DNA of 64,000 nt, taken from assembly GCA_049647485.1 (NCBI GenBank), contig JBARXT010000197.1, forward strand, positions 184-64,183, written 5' to 3'. The notes below the pieces were generated by a model. The model was not told where the DNA came from and did no database searches. It was given only the letters and a program-made list of their open reading frames with translations. Source of the DNA: Xanthobacteraceae bacterium (GTDB taxonomy: Bacteria; Pseudomonadota; Alphaproteobacteria; Rhizobiales; Xanthobacteraceae). This document shows, piece by piece, positions 38,600 through 47,832 of the stretch. The position numbers and the translations under genes are program-made. The number at the start of each line of letters is the position of its first letter. The stretch's first letter is position 1.

Positions 38600-39418
38600 A
38601 TGACGGACGGAGACGACAAGTTGAGGGGCGCTCAGGGAAGTGCCGGTCCTGTGCTGGAATGCAAGTCCGTCGAACGTCGGTTCGGCGGCATCGTTGCGTT
38701 GAACGGGATCGACCTTCAGATCAATCGCGGCGAGATTTTCGGTCTCGTCGGGCCGAACGGGTGCGGCAAAACGACCCTGACCAACGCCATCACCGGATTC
38801 TATCCGCCGCAACGCGGCAACATTCTGCTGAACGGGCACGACATCACGGGGCTCGCGCCGCACAAGGTTGCGCGCCTGGGCGTCGCCCGCACATTTCAGA
38901 ATCTCGCGCTGTTCAACGGCATGAGCGTGCTCGACAATATCCTGCTCGGCCGCCACGTCCACATGCACGCCAGCGTGCTGCGCACCGCCGGCTACTGGTG
39001 GTTGGCCCGCGGCGACGAAACCGCAAATCGCGCCGCGGTTGAGGACGTCATCGACTTTCTGCAACTTGAGAGCGTGCGCGACGAACTGGTCGACGGCATT
39101 CCGATCGGCCTGAAGAAGCGCGTCGAACTCGCGCGTGCACTCGCCGCCGAACCGAGCCTGCTGATTCTCGATGAGCCGATGGCCGGCATGAATCAGGAGG
39201 AAAAGGAGTACATGGCGCGCTTTATCCTCGATGCGCGCGACGAGCGCCATGTCACGGTGCTGCTGATCGAGCATCATATGGACGTCATTACCGGTATCTG
39301 CGACCGCATGCTCGCGCTGAACTACGGCGCGATGATCGGCTCCGGCATACCGGCGGACGTCGTCGCCGATCCCCGTGTGGTGGAAGCCTATATCGGAGGC
39401 GCCCATGCGGCCCATTGA
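38600..39418 (+). CDS. ABC transporter ATP-binding protein (HAAT family, LivG-like)
   Basis: 272 aa. It has Walker A GPNGCGKTT, the LivG-type insertion, and Walker B LLILDEPMAG. Confidence 0.9.
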   Translation: MTDGDDKLRGAQGSAGPVLECKSVERRFGGIVALNGIDLQINRGEIFGLVGPNGCGKTTLTNAITGFYPPQRGNILLNGHDITGLAPHKVARLGVARTFQNLALFNGMSVLDNILLGRHVHMHASVLRTAGYWWLARGDETANRAAVEDVIDFLQLESVRDELVDGIPIGLKKRVELARALAAEPSLLILDEPMAGMNQEEKEYMARFILDARDERHVTVLLIEHHMDVITGICDRMLALNYGAMIGSGIPADVVADPRVVEAYIGGAHAAH

Positions 39419-41342
39419 AGGCGGCACCTCCGCGACAACGACATGGGATTTCGGAGCCGACACCACCTTGAGTCGCCTGCTCGCCCGGAACGCCGAGGTG
39501 TTTCCCGGCGACATTGCGATGCGAGAGAAAAGCAAGGGCATCTGGCAAGAGATGACCTGGCGCCAGGTGCTCGACAGTATGCTGCAATTCGCCGCCGGGC
39601 TGGAGAGCATCGGCTTCGATGCGAAGGACGTTCTACTTGTCGTTGGCGACAATCGGCCGCGACTCTACACCGGGATGATTTCGGCCGGCGCGCTGGGCGG
39701 CCATGCCATGCCAGCCTTCCCCGATGCCACCCTCGACGAAGTGCGCCATTTCGTTCACGAGGCAGACGTTCGTTTCGTCCTTGCGGAAGATCAGGAGCAG
39801 GTCGACAAGATGCTCGACCTTCGCGAGCAAGGCGCCCAGATCGAACATATCATCTACGACGACCCGCGCGGACTGGCCACTTATCCGTTTCCGGGGCTGA
39901 TCTCCTGGGATGCGCTGTGCGCCAAGGGCGAGGCTCGCCTGAAGGCGGAGCCGGCCTTGCGCGAAGCCCTGATCCAGCGCGCCACGCCGGATGGCCCCGC
40001 GGTGTTCGTCCACTCCTCGGGCTCGACCGGCAAACCCAAGGGCATCGTGCTGTCGCATCGCAATCTGCTGTCGGGCGTGCGTAACGCCTATCACGGTGGT
40101 GCATTCGATTTCGGCGAAAGCATTCTGGCCTATCTGCCAATGGCGTGGGTCGGCGACTTCGCCGTCACCGTGGCCGCAGGCGTCGCGTTGCGCTTCACCA
40201 TCAACATCCCCGAGCGACAGGAAACGGTGCTGCAAAACCTGCGCGAGGTAGCGCCGACATTTTATCTCGCCGCGCCGCGAAGCTGGGACAACATGCTCAC
40301 CACGATTCAGGTGCGCATGGAGGATTCGACGCCGCTCAAGAAGAAGATCTACAAGTTTTTCATGACCTCCGCTCTGGCGGCCGAGCGCCGCAAACTCGAA
40401 GGCGGCCAGCCGACATTGAAGGAAATGCTGCTCGCACCGCTCGGCGAGTGGCTGGTCTACGGAGCGATCAAGGATCAATTCGGCCTGTCGCGCCTGCGCG
40501 GCGCCTTCACCGGCGGCGAAGCGATGGGCGAGGACACCTTCGTGTTCTATCGCGCGCTCGGCATCAAGCTACGGCAACTCTACGGCCAGACCGAAAGCAG
40601 CGCCTATAACGCACTCCAAAGCCCCGACGAAGTTCGTCTGCACACCGTCGGCCGCCCCTTCCCGGGTGTCGATGTGCAGATCAGCGAGGCCGGCGAAATC
40701 CTCATTCGTTCCGGCAGCGTGTTCAGCGGCTATTTCAAGCAGGAGGCGGCCTCGCAGGAAGCCTTGCGCGACGGTTGGCTTCATACCGGCGACGCCGGCT
40801 ATCTCGAGCCCAACGGCCATCTTGTTGTGTTGGGGCGACTGTCCGACGTGGTACACACCGCGAAAGGCGAGCGCTACATTCCGAACTATATCGAAAACCG
40901 CCTCAAGTTCAGCCCCTATATCAAGGAAGCCGCGGTGCTCGGCGCCAACCGCGACACGCTGGCGGCGCTGATCTGCATCGACAAGGAGTCGGTCGGATTT
41001 TGGGCCGAACTGCGCGGCATTTCTTATATGTCCTATGCCGACCTGTCGCAGAAGCCGGAAGTCGCAACGCTCATTCTGGACGCGGTCCGGCATGTCAACC
41101 GCACCTTGCCGGAAGGACTTCACCTCAAGCGCTTCGTCTGCCTGCACAAGGAATTCGACGCCGACGACGGCGAAATCACCCGGACGCGCAAGATTCGCCG
41201 CAACGTCGTCGAGGATCGCTACGCGCCGATCATTCATGCCATCTACGACAATCAGGGAAGCGTTTTGATGAAAGCCCAGATCACCTATGAGACCGGCGAA
41301 GTCGGCGTGATCGAGCGAACGCTCTCGGTGCAGGAGGTCTGA
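39405..41342 (+). CDS. AMP-dependent synthetase (long-chain-fatty-acid-CoA ligase-like) embedded in an ABC importer operon
   Basis: From ORF 39375..41342. The start MRPIEGG at 39405 overlaps the LivG-like gene by 14 nt. HSSGSTGKPKGI, YGQTES, HTGDAGY and GEITRTRKIRR are present. Confidence 0.85.
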   Translation: MRPIEGGTSATTTWDFGADTTLSRLLARNAEVFPGDIAMREKSKGIWQEMTWRQVLDSMLQFAAGLESIGFDAKDVLLVVGDNRPRLYTGMISAGALGGHAMPAFPDATLDEVRHFVHEADVRFVLAEDQEQVDKMLDLREQGAQIEHIIYDDPRGLATYPFPGLISWDALCAKGEARLKAEPALREALIQRATPDGPAVFVHSSGSTGKPKGIVLSHRNLLSGVRNAYHGGAFDFGESILAYLPMAWVGDFAVTVAAGVALRFTINIPERQETVLQNLREVAPTFYLAAPRSWDNMLTTIQVRMEDSTPLKKKIYKFFMTSALAAERRKLEGGQPTLKEMLLAPLGEWLVYGAIKDQFGLSRLRGAFTGGEAMGEDTFVFYRALGIKLRQLYGQTESSAYNALQSPDEVRLHTVGRPFPGVDVQISEAGEILIRSGSVFSGYFKQEAASQEALRDGWLHTGDAGYLEPNGHLVVLGRLSDVVHTAKGERYIPNYIENRLKFSPYIKEAAVLGANRDTLAALICIDKESVGFWAELRGISYMSYADLSQKPEVATLILDAVRHVNRTLPEGLHLKRFVCLHKEFDADDGEITRTRKIRRNVVEDRYAPIIHAIYDNQGSVLMKAQITYETGEVGVIERTLSVQEV

Positions 41343-41345
41343 ACC

Positions 41346-42233
41346 ATGGATGCCCTGCTGCTGCTTGAATCGTCTCTCAACGGCGCCCTCGTCGGGCTGA
41401 TGTATTCCCTGGTCGCGACGGGCATCGTGCTGATCTACAAGTCGTCGTCGGTGCCTAATCTGGCGCAGGGCGCAATGGTGATGCTGGCCGGTTACGTCAT
41501 TCTGGCCTTTGCCAATCAACTCGGCCTGCCGCTGTGGGCGGCGATCCCGCTCGGCATCGTGACCATGTTCATCATCGGCGTCGGCATCGAACGCGTGGCG
41601 CTGCGGCGGCTCGCCGGCCGCCCGATCATCATGATCCTGATGATGACGCTGGGCATCGAGATTTTCCTCCGTGCCGGCTCCATGACCATCTGGGGCGGGA
41701 CCTCGCGGCCGCTGCCGATCGGCATCAGCGATGCACCGCTGTTTATCGGACCGCTGTTGATCAATCGCGCCTATGCCGTCGGCGCGGGTGTCGCGGTTGC
41801 GATGTTCGTGCTGCTGGTGCTGTTCTTCCGCACCCGGATCGGCGTGGTACTGCGCGCGATCTCTGATGACTATACGGCGGCGTGGTCGGTCGGCATTTCC
41901 GTCGAACGCGGCGTCGCGCTGTCGTGGGCGATCTCGGCGGTGGTGGCGACCATCGCTGCGGTGCTGTGGGGATCGGTGCAAGGCGTCGACCAATCGCTGG
42001 CGTTGTTGCTGCTCAAAGGCGTGACAGTCGCGGTGCTCGGCGGCCTGGACAGCATCGGCGGTGCACTGCTCGCCGGTATCCTGCTCGGCATCGTCGAGGG
42101 GCTGGCCTCCATCGTACTCGATCCCCTGCTCGGCGGTGCCAGCCGCGAACTGGTCGACGCCGCGATGCTGATCCTCACCATCATGCTGCGACCGCACGGC
42201 CTGTTCGGCCGCCACGACATCGAGCGGGTGTGA
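41346..42233 (+). CDS. ABC transporter permease (LivH-like)
   Basis: 295 aa, polytopic and hydrophobic. It has the LivH-type N-terminus LNGALVGLMYSLVATG. Confidence 0.9.
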   Translation: MDALLLLESSLNGALVGLMYSLVATGIVLIYKSSSVPNLAQGAMVMLAGYVILAFANQLGLPLWAAIPLGIVTMFIIGVGIERVALRRLAGRPIIMILMMTLGIEIFLRAGSMTIWGGTSRPLPIGISDAPLFIGPLLINRAYAVGAGVAVAMFVLLVLFFRTRIGVVLRAISDDYTAAWSVGISVERGVALSWAISAVVATIAAVLWGSVQGVDQSLALLLLKGVTVAVLGGLDSIGGALLAGILLGIVEGLASIVLDPLLGGASRELVDAAMLILTIMLRPHGLFGRHDIERV

Positions 42234-42237
42234 CATC

Positions 42238-43311
42238 ATGCTGTTTCGTCAGGCCGGCATTCTTCACACCAACTACGCCCAGGACCGGGCGCTGTTTCCG
42301 ATTCCCGCCGACCGCTGGATGATCGGCGGTCTTCTGCTGCTGGGGGCCGCTGCGCCGTTCTACATGAGCACGCTCTATCTCAGCAGCTACATGTTGCCTT
42401 GGCTGGTGTGGACCGCCGCCGCGCTCGGCCTCAACCTCATTCTCGGCTGGGCCGGGCAGTTTCACCTGGGCTACGCCGCAGTGATGGGCATCGGCGCCTA
42501 CGCCGCCGTGCACGCGCAACGCAATGGCGTTCCGTGGGAAATCGCCATCGTGCTTGCCGGACTGACGGCCGCGGTCATCGGCAGCGTGTTCGCCTTCGCG
42601 GCGTTGCGCGTCAAAGGCCTCTATCTCGCGCTCTCGACACTCGCCCTGCAATTCGTGATGGACTGGACCATCTCGCACGTTCCCGCCATCTCGGGCGGTA
42701 CGCAAGCGACATTGCAGGCGCCGGACATCCGCATTCTCGGCCAGGCCGTCACATCCGATGCCGGACTTTATTACGTGGCGCTGGTGTGGTGCGTGCTGGT
42801 CACCACCTTCATGCTGAACCTGCGGCGCACGGCGCTCGGACGCGCGTTGGTCGCGGTGCGCGAGAAGGATTACGCCGCCGCCGTCATCGGCGTGAACAGC
42901 TTCTATTTCAAGCTGGTCGCCTTCGCGACATCGTCCTTCATGGCGGGCGTCAGCGGGGCGATCCTGATCGGCACGTTCTATCACGCCGTCACGCCGGAGC
43001 AATTCTCCGTCGACGTCTCGATCCAAGCGCTGGCGATGGTGATCGTCGGCGGCCTCGGCAGCATCATCGGCAGCTACTTCGGCGCCGCATTCATCCTGCT
43101 GATGCCCGGCGCGATGAATGCCTTCATTTCCTGGCTGACGGGACAGTTCGGATTTTCGCTCGGCATCGAAACACTGGCGCACCTGCCCCATGCCCTCTAC
43201 GGCGCACTGATCATCGGATTCCTGCTGATCGAGCCGTTGGGACTCGGGAAGATCTACAACAACATTCGCGATTATCTGCTTGTCTGGCCGTTCGGCTACG
43301 TCAAGAAATAG
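42238..43311 (+). CDS. ABC transporter permease (LivM-like)
   Basis: 357 aa. It has the LivM-type core LILGWAGQFHLGYAAVMGIGAY. Confidence 0.9.
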   Translation: MLFRQAGILHTNYAQDRALFPIPADRWMIGGLLLLGAAAPFYMSTLYLSSYMLPWLVWTAAALGLNLILGWAGQFHLGYAAVMGIGAYAAVHAQRNGVPWEIAIVLAGLTAAVIGSVFAFAALRVKGLYLALSTLALQFVMDWTISHVPAISGGTQATLQAPDIRILGQAVTSDAGLYYVALVWCVLVTTFMLNLRRTALGRALVAVREKDYAAAVIGVNSFYFKLVAFATSSFMAGVSGAILIGTFYHAVTPEQFSVDVSIQALAMVIVGGLGSIIGSYFGAAFILLMPGAMNAFISWLTGQFGFSLGIETLAHLPHALYGALIIGFLLIEPLGLGKIYNNIRDYLLVWPFGYVKK

Positions 43312-43317
43312 CGGACC

Positions 43318-44133
43318 ATGGCAGCCATGACCGATACCGAAGTCGACAACATTCTGACGCTCAACAACGTCGAGGTCGTCTACGACTACGTCTCGCTGGC
43401 AATCAAGGGCGTATCCTTGGCGGTCCCGAACGGCGGCATGGTGGCGCTGCTCGGCGCCAACGGCGCCGGCAAGAGCACGACCCTGAAATCGATCAGCGGA
43501 CTGCTCACCGCCGAACGCGGCGAGGTGCGGCGTGGCGAGGTTCAGTTTCAGAACCGCAACATCAGCGGGTTGATGCCGCAGGATCGCGTCAAACTCGGCA
43601 TTGCACACGTGCTGGAGGGCCGCCGCGTCTTCGAACATCTGACGCCGGACGAAAACCTGATTGCGGCCTCCGCGGTGCGCAGCCGCCACGACGCCGCACG
43701 CAACAAGGATCGCGTTTACACCTATTTTCCGCGCCTGTTCGAGCGTCGCGGCAGCGCTGCAGGCTATCTCTCCGGCGGCGAACAACAGATGCTGGCGATC
43801 GGCCGCGCGCTAATGACGCAGCCGAAGCTGTTGATGCTCGACGAACCCAGCCTCGGCCTCGCGCCATTCCTGGTGGCCGAGATCTTCCAGATCCTCAGCC
43901 GCATCAATCGCGAGGAAGGCCTTTCGGTGCTGCTGGTCGAGCAAAACGCCATCGCCGCGCTCGAAATCGTCTCACACGGCTACCTGATCGAGAGCGGACG
44001 CATCGTCATGCACGATACCGCGGAAGCGCTGAAGAAAAATCCCGACATTCAGGAATTCTACCTCGGAGGCGCGGACAACAAGAATTTCCACGACATCAAG
44101 CACTACCGGCGGCGCAAGCGCTGGTTGACGTGA
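43318..44133 (+). CDS. ABC transporter ATP-binding protein (LivF-like) with extended termini
   Basis: 271 aa. It has Walker A GANGAGKST, the signature LSGGEQQM, and Walker B LLMLDEPS. An additional basic C-terminal tail reads NFHDIKHYRRRKRWLT. Confidence 0.9.
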   Translation: MAAMTDTEVDNILTLNNVEVVYDYVSLAIKGVSLAVPNGGMVALLGANGAGKSTTLKSISGLLTAERGEVRRGEVQFQNRNISGLMPQDRVKLGIAHVLEGRRVFEHLTPDENLIAASAVRSRHDAARNKDRVYTYFPRLFERRGSAAGYLSGGEQQMLAIGRALMTQPKLLMLDEPSLGLAPFLVAEIFQILSRINREEGLSVLLVEQNAIAALEIVSHGYLIESGRIVMHDTAEALKKNPDIQEFYLGGADNKNFHDIKHYRRRKRWLT

Positions 44134-44217
44134 GATTGGCGCCTGCCAAACTCACCCCAAGCCGAGACCAAGAAAGAAAACGACCATTCCACCGTCCGAA
44201 CAAGGGAGGACACGAAC

Positions 44218-45462
44218 ATGAAACTAAGATCGATCATCGGCGGCCTCGCGCTGATGCTGACCAGCAGCATGACCGCGCACGCCGCCGACCCGGTGAAGTT
44301 CGCGCTGTGCTACGACCTCAGCAAGGCCTACACCTTCGTCACCCCGCAGGTGGCGCAGGCAGCCAAGGATTATGCCGATCTGCTCAACGCCAAAGGCGGG
44401 CTTGAAGGTCACCCGATCGAGGTGATCGTGCAGGATCACGGCAATGAGCCGCAGCGCGGCATCGAATGCTACGAACGCCTGAAGCGCGAAGGCGTCATGG
44501 TGTTCGACATGTTGTCGACGCCGGTGTCGCGCGCCGTGCTGCCCCGCGTCATGAAGGACGGCAACATCCTGATGCAATCGCTTGCCGGGCGCGGCGATGC
44601 AGTGGACGGCGACGTGTTCAAGTGGGTCTTCCCAATCGGCCCGACCTATTGGGGGCAGGCCGCCAACGACATCGGCTATATCAAGCAGCAGTCCAAGGGT
44701 AACCTGAAGGGCGTCAAGGTCGCCTTCGTCTACGTGGACTATCCGTTTGGGCAGGAGCCGATCGGCATTCTCAAGACGCTGGCGCAAAAAGAAGGCTTCG
44801 ATCTGCAACTGTTCCCCTACCCGCTGCCGGGCAACGATCAGGCTTCGGCCTGGACGCAGGTGCGCCGCTTCAATCCGGACTGGATCATTAGCTGGAGCCT
44901 GTCGAACATGCACGTCATCGCCTCGCGGGAGATGAAGCGCAACGGCATTCCGATCGATAAGTACATCGCAGTGAACTGGTTCAACGAAGTCGATATCAAG
45001 AACATCGGCGCCGATGCCGCCAAGGGCCTGAAGCGCGGCACCAACGTCGCCGGTGGTTCAACCCAGCCGCTGGTTCAGGAGATCATCAAGGAACTCTACG
45101 ACAAGGGCAAAGGCAACGGCGACCGCAAGCATCTCGAGGACGTGTATTACAACACCGGCCTCGCGATCTGGTCGATCGGCTTCGAAGGCGCGCGTCTCGC
45201 CATCAAGAAGGATGGCTGGCCGCTCACCCCACAGAAGCTGAAAGATGGCCTCGAGAGCATCAAGGACTTCGATGCCAACGGCCTGATGGCGCCGGTTACG
45301 GTGACCGCGAAGGATCACGGCGGCGGCGGCAAGACCCGCATCGAGATGTGGGACGGCGCCAAGTGGGTCCCGCAGACCGACTGGATCGCGTCGTTCCCGG
45401 AAGAAGTCTGGAGCGTCGTGAAGGAACAGTCGGCAGCCTACGCCAAGGAAACGCAAAAGTAA
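44218..45462 (+). CDS. ABC transporter periplasmic substrate-binding protein (type I PBP, Liv-like)
   Basis: 414 aa. It has the signal peptide MKLRSIIGGLALMLTSSMTAHA and is the last gene of the importer operon. Confidence 0.9.
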   Translation: MKLRSIIGGLALMLTSSMTAHAADPVKFALCYDLSKAYTFVTPQVAQAAKDYADLLNAKGGLEGHPIEVIVQDHGNEPQRGIECYERLKREGVMVFDMLSTPVSRAVLPRVMKDGNILMQSLAGRGDAVDGDVFKWVFPIGPTYWGQAANDIGYIKQQSKGNLKGVKVAFVYVDYPFGQEPIGILKTLAQKEGFDLQLFPYPLPGNDQASAWTQVRRFNPDWIISWSLSNMHVIASREMKRNGIPIDKYIAVNWFNEVDIKNIGADAAKGLKRGTNVAGGSTQPLVQEIIKELYDKGKGNGDRKHLEDVYYNTGLAIWSIGFEGARLAIKKDGWPLTPQKLKDGLESIKDFDANGLMAPVTVTAKDHGGGGKTRIEMWDGAKWVPQTDWIASFPEEVWSVVKEQSAAYAKETQK

Positions 45463-45477
45463 GCGCCAGGCGAACAC

Positions 45478-45506
45478 GTCATGACCGGGTTCGTCCCGGC
45501 CATGAC
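45478..45506. repeat. REP-like hairpin element, family A (copy 4, single hairpin)
   Basis: The element reads GTCATGACCGGGTTCGTCCCGGCCATGAC. It begins 16 nt after the stop of the substrate-binding protein gene. Confidence 0.7.
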
Positions 45507-45540
45507 GAAGGCCAAAAGTCTTCGTGACAACATGCACAAA

Positions 45541-45577
45541 GCCCGTTTCCGATATGTTGGAAGCGGGCTTCTCTTTT
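45541..45577 (+). terminator. Rho-independent terminator-like hairpin after the ABC/synthetase operon
   Basis: The 10-bp stem pairs GCCCGTTTCC with GGAAGCGGGC (one G-U pair). The loop is 8 nt and is followed by TTCTCTTTT. It lies between convergent operons and could act in both directions. Confidence 0.55.
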
Positions 45578-45593
45578 GGGCTGACGAGCTATT

Positions 45594-46538
45594 CTATCGT
45601 CCCGGCGTTCCGCCGATCTGCTGAAACACCGTTTCGCAAGTCATCAGATCGAGATGGCCGCCGCCGGCGTTCTTGAAAAAGGTGATGTCGTTCGCGGAGC
45701 GGCGGCCTGCCACAGCGCCCCTGGCAAGATCATAGAGATCGCCGAGCACATCGGCTTCGGTCATTACGCCATTCGCGATCGGCTGAAGAACGTCGCCGAC
45801 GCCATGGAACGCAGTTTCCCGCCGGTCCACGAACACGCGCGCGCGCCGCACGGCCTCGTCATCCGCCTCGCGCGTTTGCGGCGTATAACCGCCGACCAGA
45901 TCAAGATGAACACCCGGTTTGAGATTCGTGCCCTTGATCAGCGGCGTGTGGGATCGCGTGCAGGCCGAGATCAGATCGGCCTCGCGTGTTGCCGCGTCGA
46001 GATCGGTAACGACCTCCACCCGGATGCCGTCCTGAACCAGTCGGTCCGCCAGTTCGGATGCGCGCTCGCGGCTGCGATTCCATATCAACACGCGCGCAAG
46101 CGACGGCCGAACCACACGATGCGCCTGCGCCAGCCACCACGACATCTTGCCGGCGCCGACCACCAGCATGGTCTCAGGCTCCGGATTGGCGAGCAGCCTG
46201 GCGCCGAGCGCGGAATCCCCCGCGGTGCGCCAATGCGTAATCGAGGTGCCGTCGATCGCCGCCAATGGACGCCCATCGAGGCCATCGAACAGCACGCAGA
46301 CCGCCTGCACCGCAGGCAGCACGCCAGCGGTAAGATTTGACGGGAAGCTGGTGAACATCTTGCTGAGCATATAGCGGCCGGGATCGACCGCGCTGCGGAT
46401 CACGTATTGCGCCGCCTCATTGCCCATGAATCCGTCGAGGATTTCGATCTTCGGCCGCTTGTGAGCAGCTTCCAACGCTTCGATCAGCACCGGAAACGAC
46501 AACGCGCCCGTCACCTCGGCATCACTGACAAATCGCAT
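45594..46538 (-). CDS. Ornithine cyclodeaminase / mu-crystallin family protein
   Basis: 314 aa. The family N-terminus is present, with the Rossmann motif VVGAGKMSWW and a C-terminal KNAGGG-like block. Confidence 0.85.
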   Translation of the reverse strand: MRFVSDAEVTGALSFPVLIEALEAAHKRPKIEILDGFMGNEAAQYVIRSAVDPGRYMLSKMFTSFPSNLTAGVLPAVQAVCVLFDGLDGRPLAAIDGTSITHWRTAGDSALGARLLANPEPETMLVVGAGKMSWWLAQAHRVVRPSLARVLIWNRSRERASELADRLVQDGIRVEVVTDLDAATREADLISACTRSHTPLIKGTNLKPGVHLDLVGGYTPQTREADDEAVRRARVFVDRRETAFHGVGDVLQPIANGVMTEADVLGDLYDLARGAVAGRRSANDITFFKNAGGGHLDLMTCETVFQQIGGTPGR

Positions 46539-46568
46539 TTCGCCTCCGGGCGTCGGTATCTCCGTGGA

Positions 46569-47087
46569 TCATAAGATGATGTCGATGGCATCCGACGGCG
46601 TGATCTCCTCGCAGTCACGAGCATCGCCCGCTTCCCACATCAACATCGACAGCACCGCAGGTCCGTCGAGTGCAACCAACGGCGAATGCCACACGCCCGC
46701 ACGATAGTGAAGGATCGTGCCGGCATTGCTGACGAAAGCCATCGCGCGCCCGACGTCCGGACGACCGTCGGCATCGTCGGGCGCCACCGCAATCAGAAGC
46801 CGCGCGCAGCGGACCGGAATGAACACCTGCGAGGTCAACACATGGCGTTCAAAGCAAGCAATTGCGAACGGCAGCGACGACGGCTTAAGGTGATAGACAT
46901 CGAGTACCGGCCGCACGGCAGCAGAGTCATGCGCCAGATCGCCTAAGCCGGGAATGCGACGGCCACGTTCCTGATTGACGGAGCGGCCGCCCGCCGCATC
47001 GATCGCCGCCAGCGAGCCAAACGGCGCGAACGCCTCCGCCGTCAGCGGCTGCGCCCGAAGACGGTGGGGATATTTCGCGCCCGTCAT
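46569..47087 (-). CDS. Ureidoglycolate lyase (AllA)-like protein
   Basis: From ORF 46569..47174, trimmed to MTGAKY at 47087. The blocks EAFAPFG, ERHVLTSQVFIP and YRAGVWHSPL parallel E. coli AllA as I recall it. Confidence 0.7.
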   Translation of the reverse strand: MTGAKYPHRLRAQPLTAEAFAPFGSLAAIDAAGGRSVNQERGRRIPGLGDLAHDSAAVRPVLDVYHLKPSSLPFAIACFERHVLTSQVFIPVRCARLLIAVAPDDADGRPDVGRAMAFVSNAGTILHYRAGVWHSPLVALDGPAVLSMLMWEAGDARDCEEITPSDAIDIIL

Positions 47088-47088
47088 C

Positions 47089-47832
47089 TCAGAAATTGAT
47101 GCCAAGCCATTGCTTGACTTGCTCGTGCAAATCCCCAGCAAAATCGGCGGGCTCGCCGGACGCGGTGATTTCACCCAAGCTCAACACGTAGATACGATGC
47201 GACATCGCGATCACGCGCCGTACGTTGTGGTCCACCAGCAGGATGGCCATCTCCTCCGACGCAAAGAGGCGAATCCACTCGAACACCTCCTCGACGATCT
47301 TCGGCGCGAGGCCGATGGAAGGTTCGTCGATCAGACACAGGCGCGGTCGCATCAGCCACGCCTTGGCGAATTCCACCATCTTCTGCTGGCCACCGGAGAG
47401 ATCGCCGGCCTGCGCCCGCAGCTTCACCCGCAGCGCCGGAAACTTTTCCAGCATCGCCTCGAAGCGCTGTTCGATCTCGTTCCGCGCCGGCGTCCCGGTT
47501 GCGCGTGACAGACCTTCCAGCGGCAAACGCAGGTTTTCCATCACCGTCATGAACGGAAACAGGCTGGATTCCTGCGGGATGTACCAGATGCCGCGCGCAC
47601 TCAGCTTATGAGGTTCAAGGCCGGTGATGTCCTCACCGTCGTAGAGGACATGGCCGGCCTTGGGCGGGACGAAGCCGCAGATCGCCTTCATGACCGTCGA
47701 CTTGCCGGCGCCGTTGAGGCCGATCAGGCCGGTGATGCGACCAGCATCAACATTGAGGCTCAAGTCGCGCAGCACGTCGATATCGACGCTATAGCCGGCG
47801 GTGACGTGATCGAGGGTCAGCACCGCGCTCAT
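47089..47832 (-). CDS. ABC transporter ATP-binding protein (LivF-like)
   Basis: 247 aa. GLNGAGKST, LSGGQQKM and LCLIDEPS are present. Confidence 0.9.
   Translation of the reverse strand: MSAVLTLDHVTAGYSVDIDVLRDLSLNVDAGRITGLIGLNGAGKSTVMKAICGFVPPKAGHVLYDGEDITGLEPHKLSARGIWYIPQESSLFPFMTVMENLRLPLEGLSRATGTPARNEIEQRFEAMLEKFPALRVKLRAQAGDLSGGQQKMVEFAKAWLMRPRLCLIDEPSIGLAPKIVEEVFEWIRLFASEEMAILLVDHNVRRVIAMSHRIYVLSLGEITASGEPADFAGDLHEQVKQWLGINF

Noticed and set aside
40569-44405. Long overlapping ORFs: 40569..42239 (-), 42181..43785 (-) and 42399..44405 (+, 668 aa).
   Set aside because: All are out of frame or antisense to the clearly recognisable synthetase, LivH, LivM and LivF genes. Their translations are Arg/His/Asp/Gly-rich without motifs. 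These are shadow ORFs.
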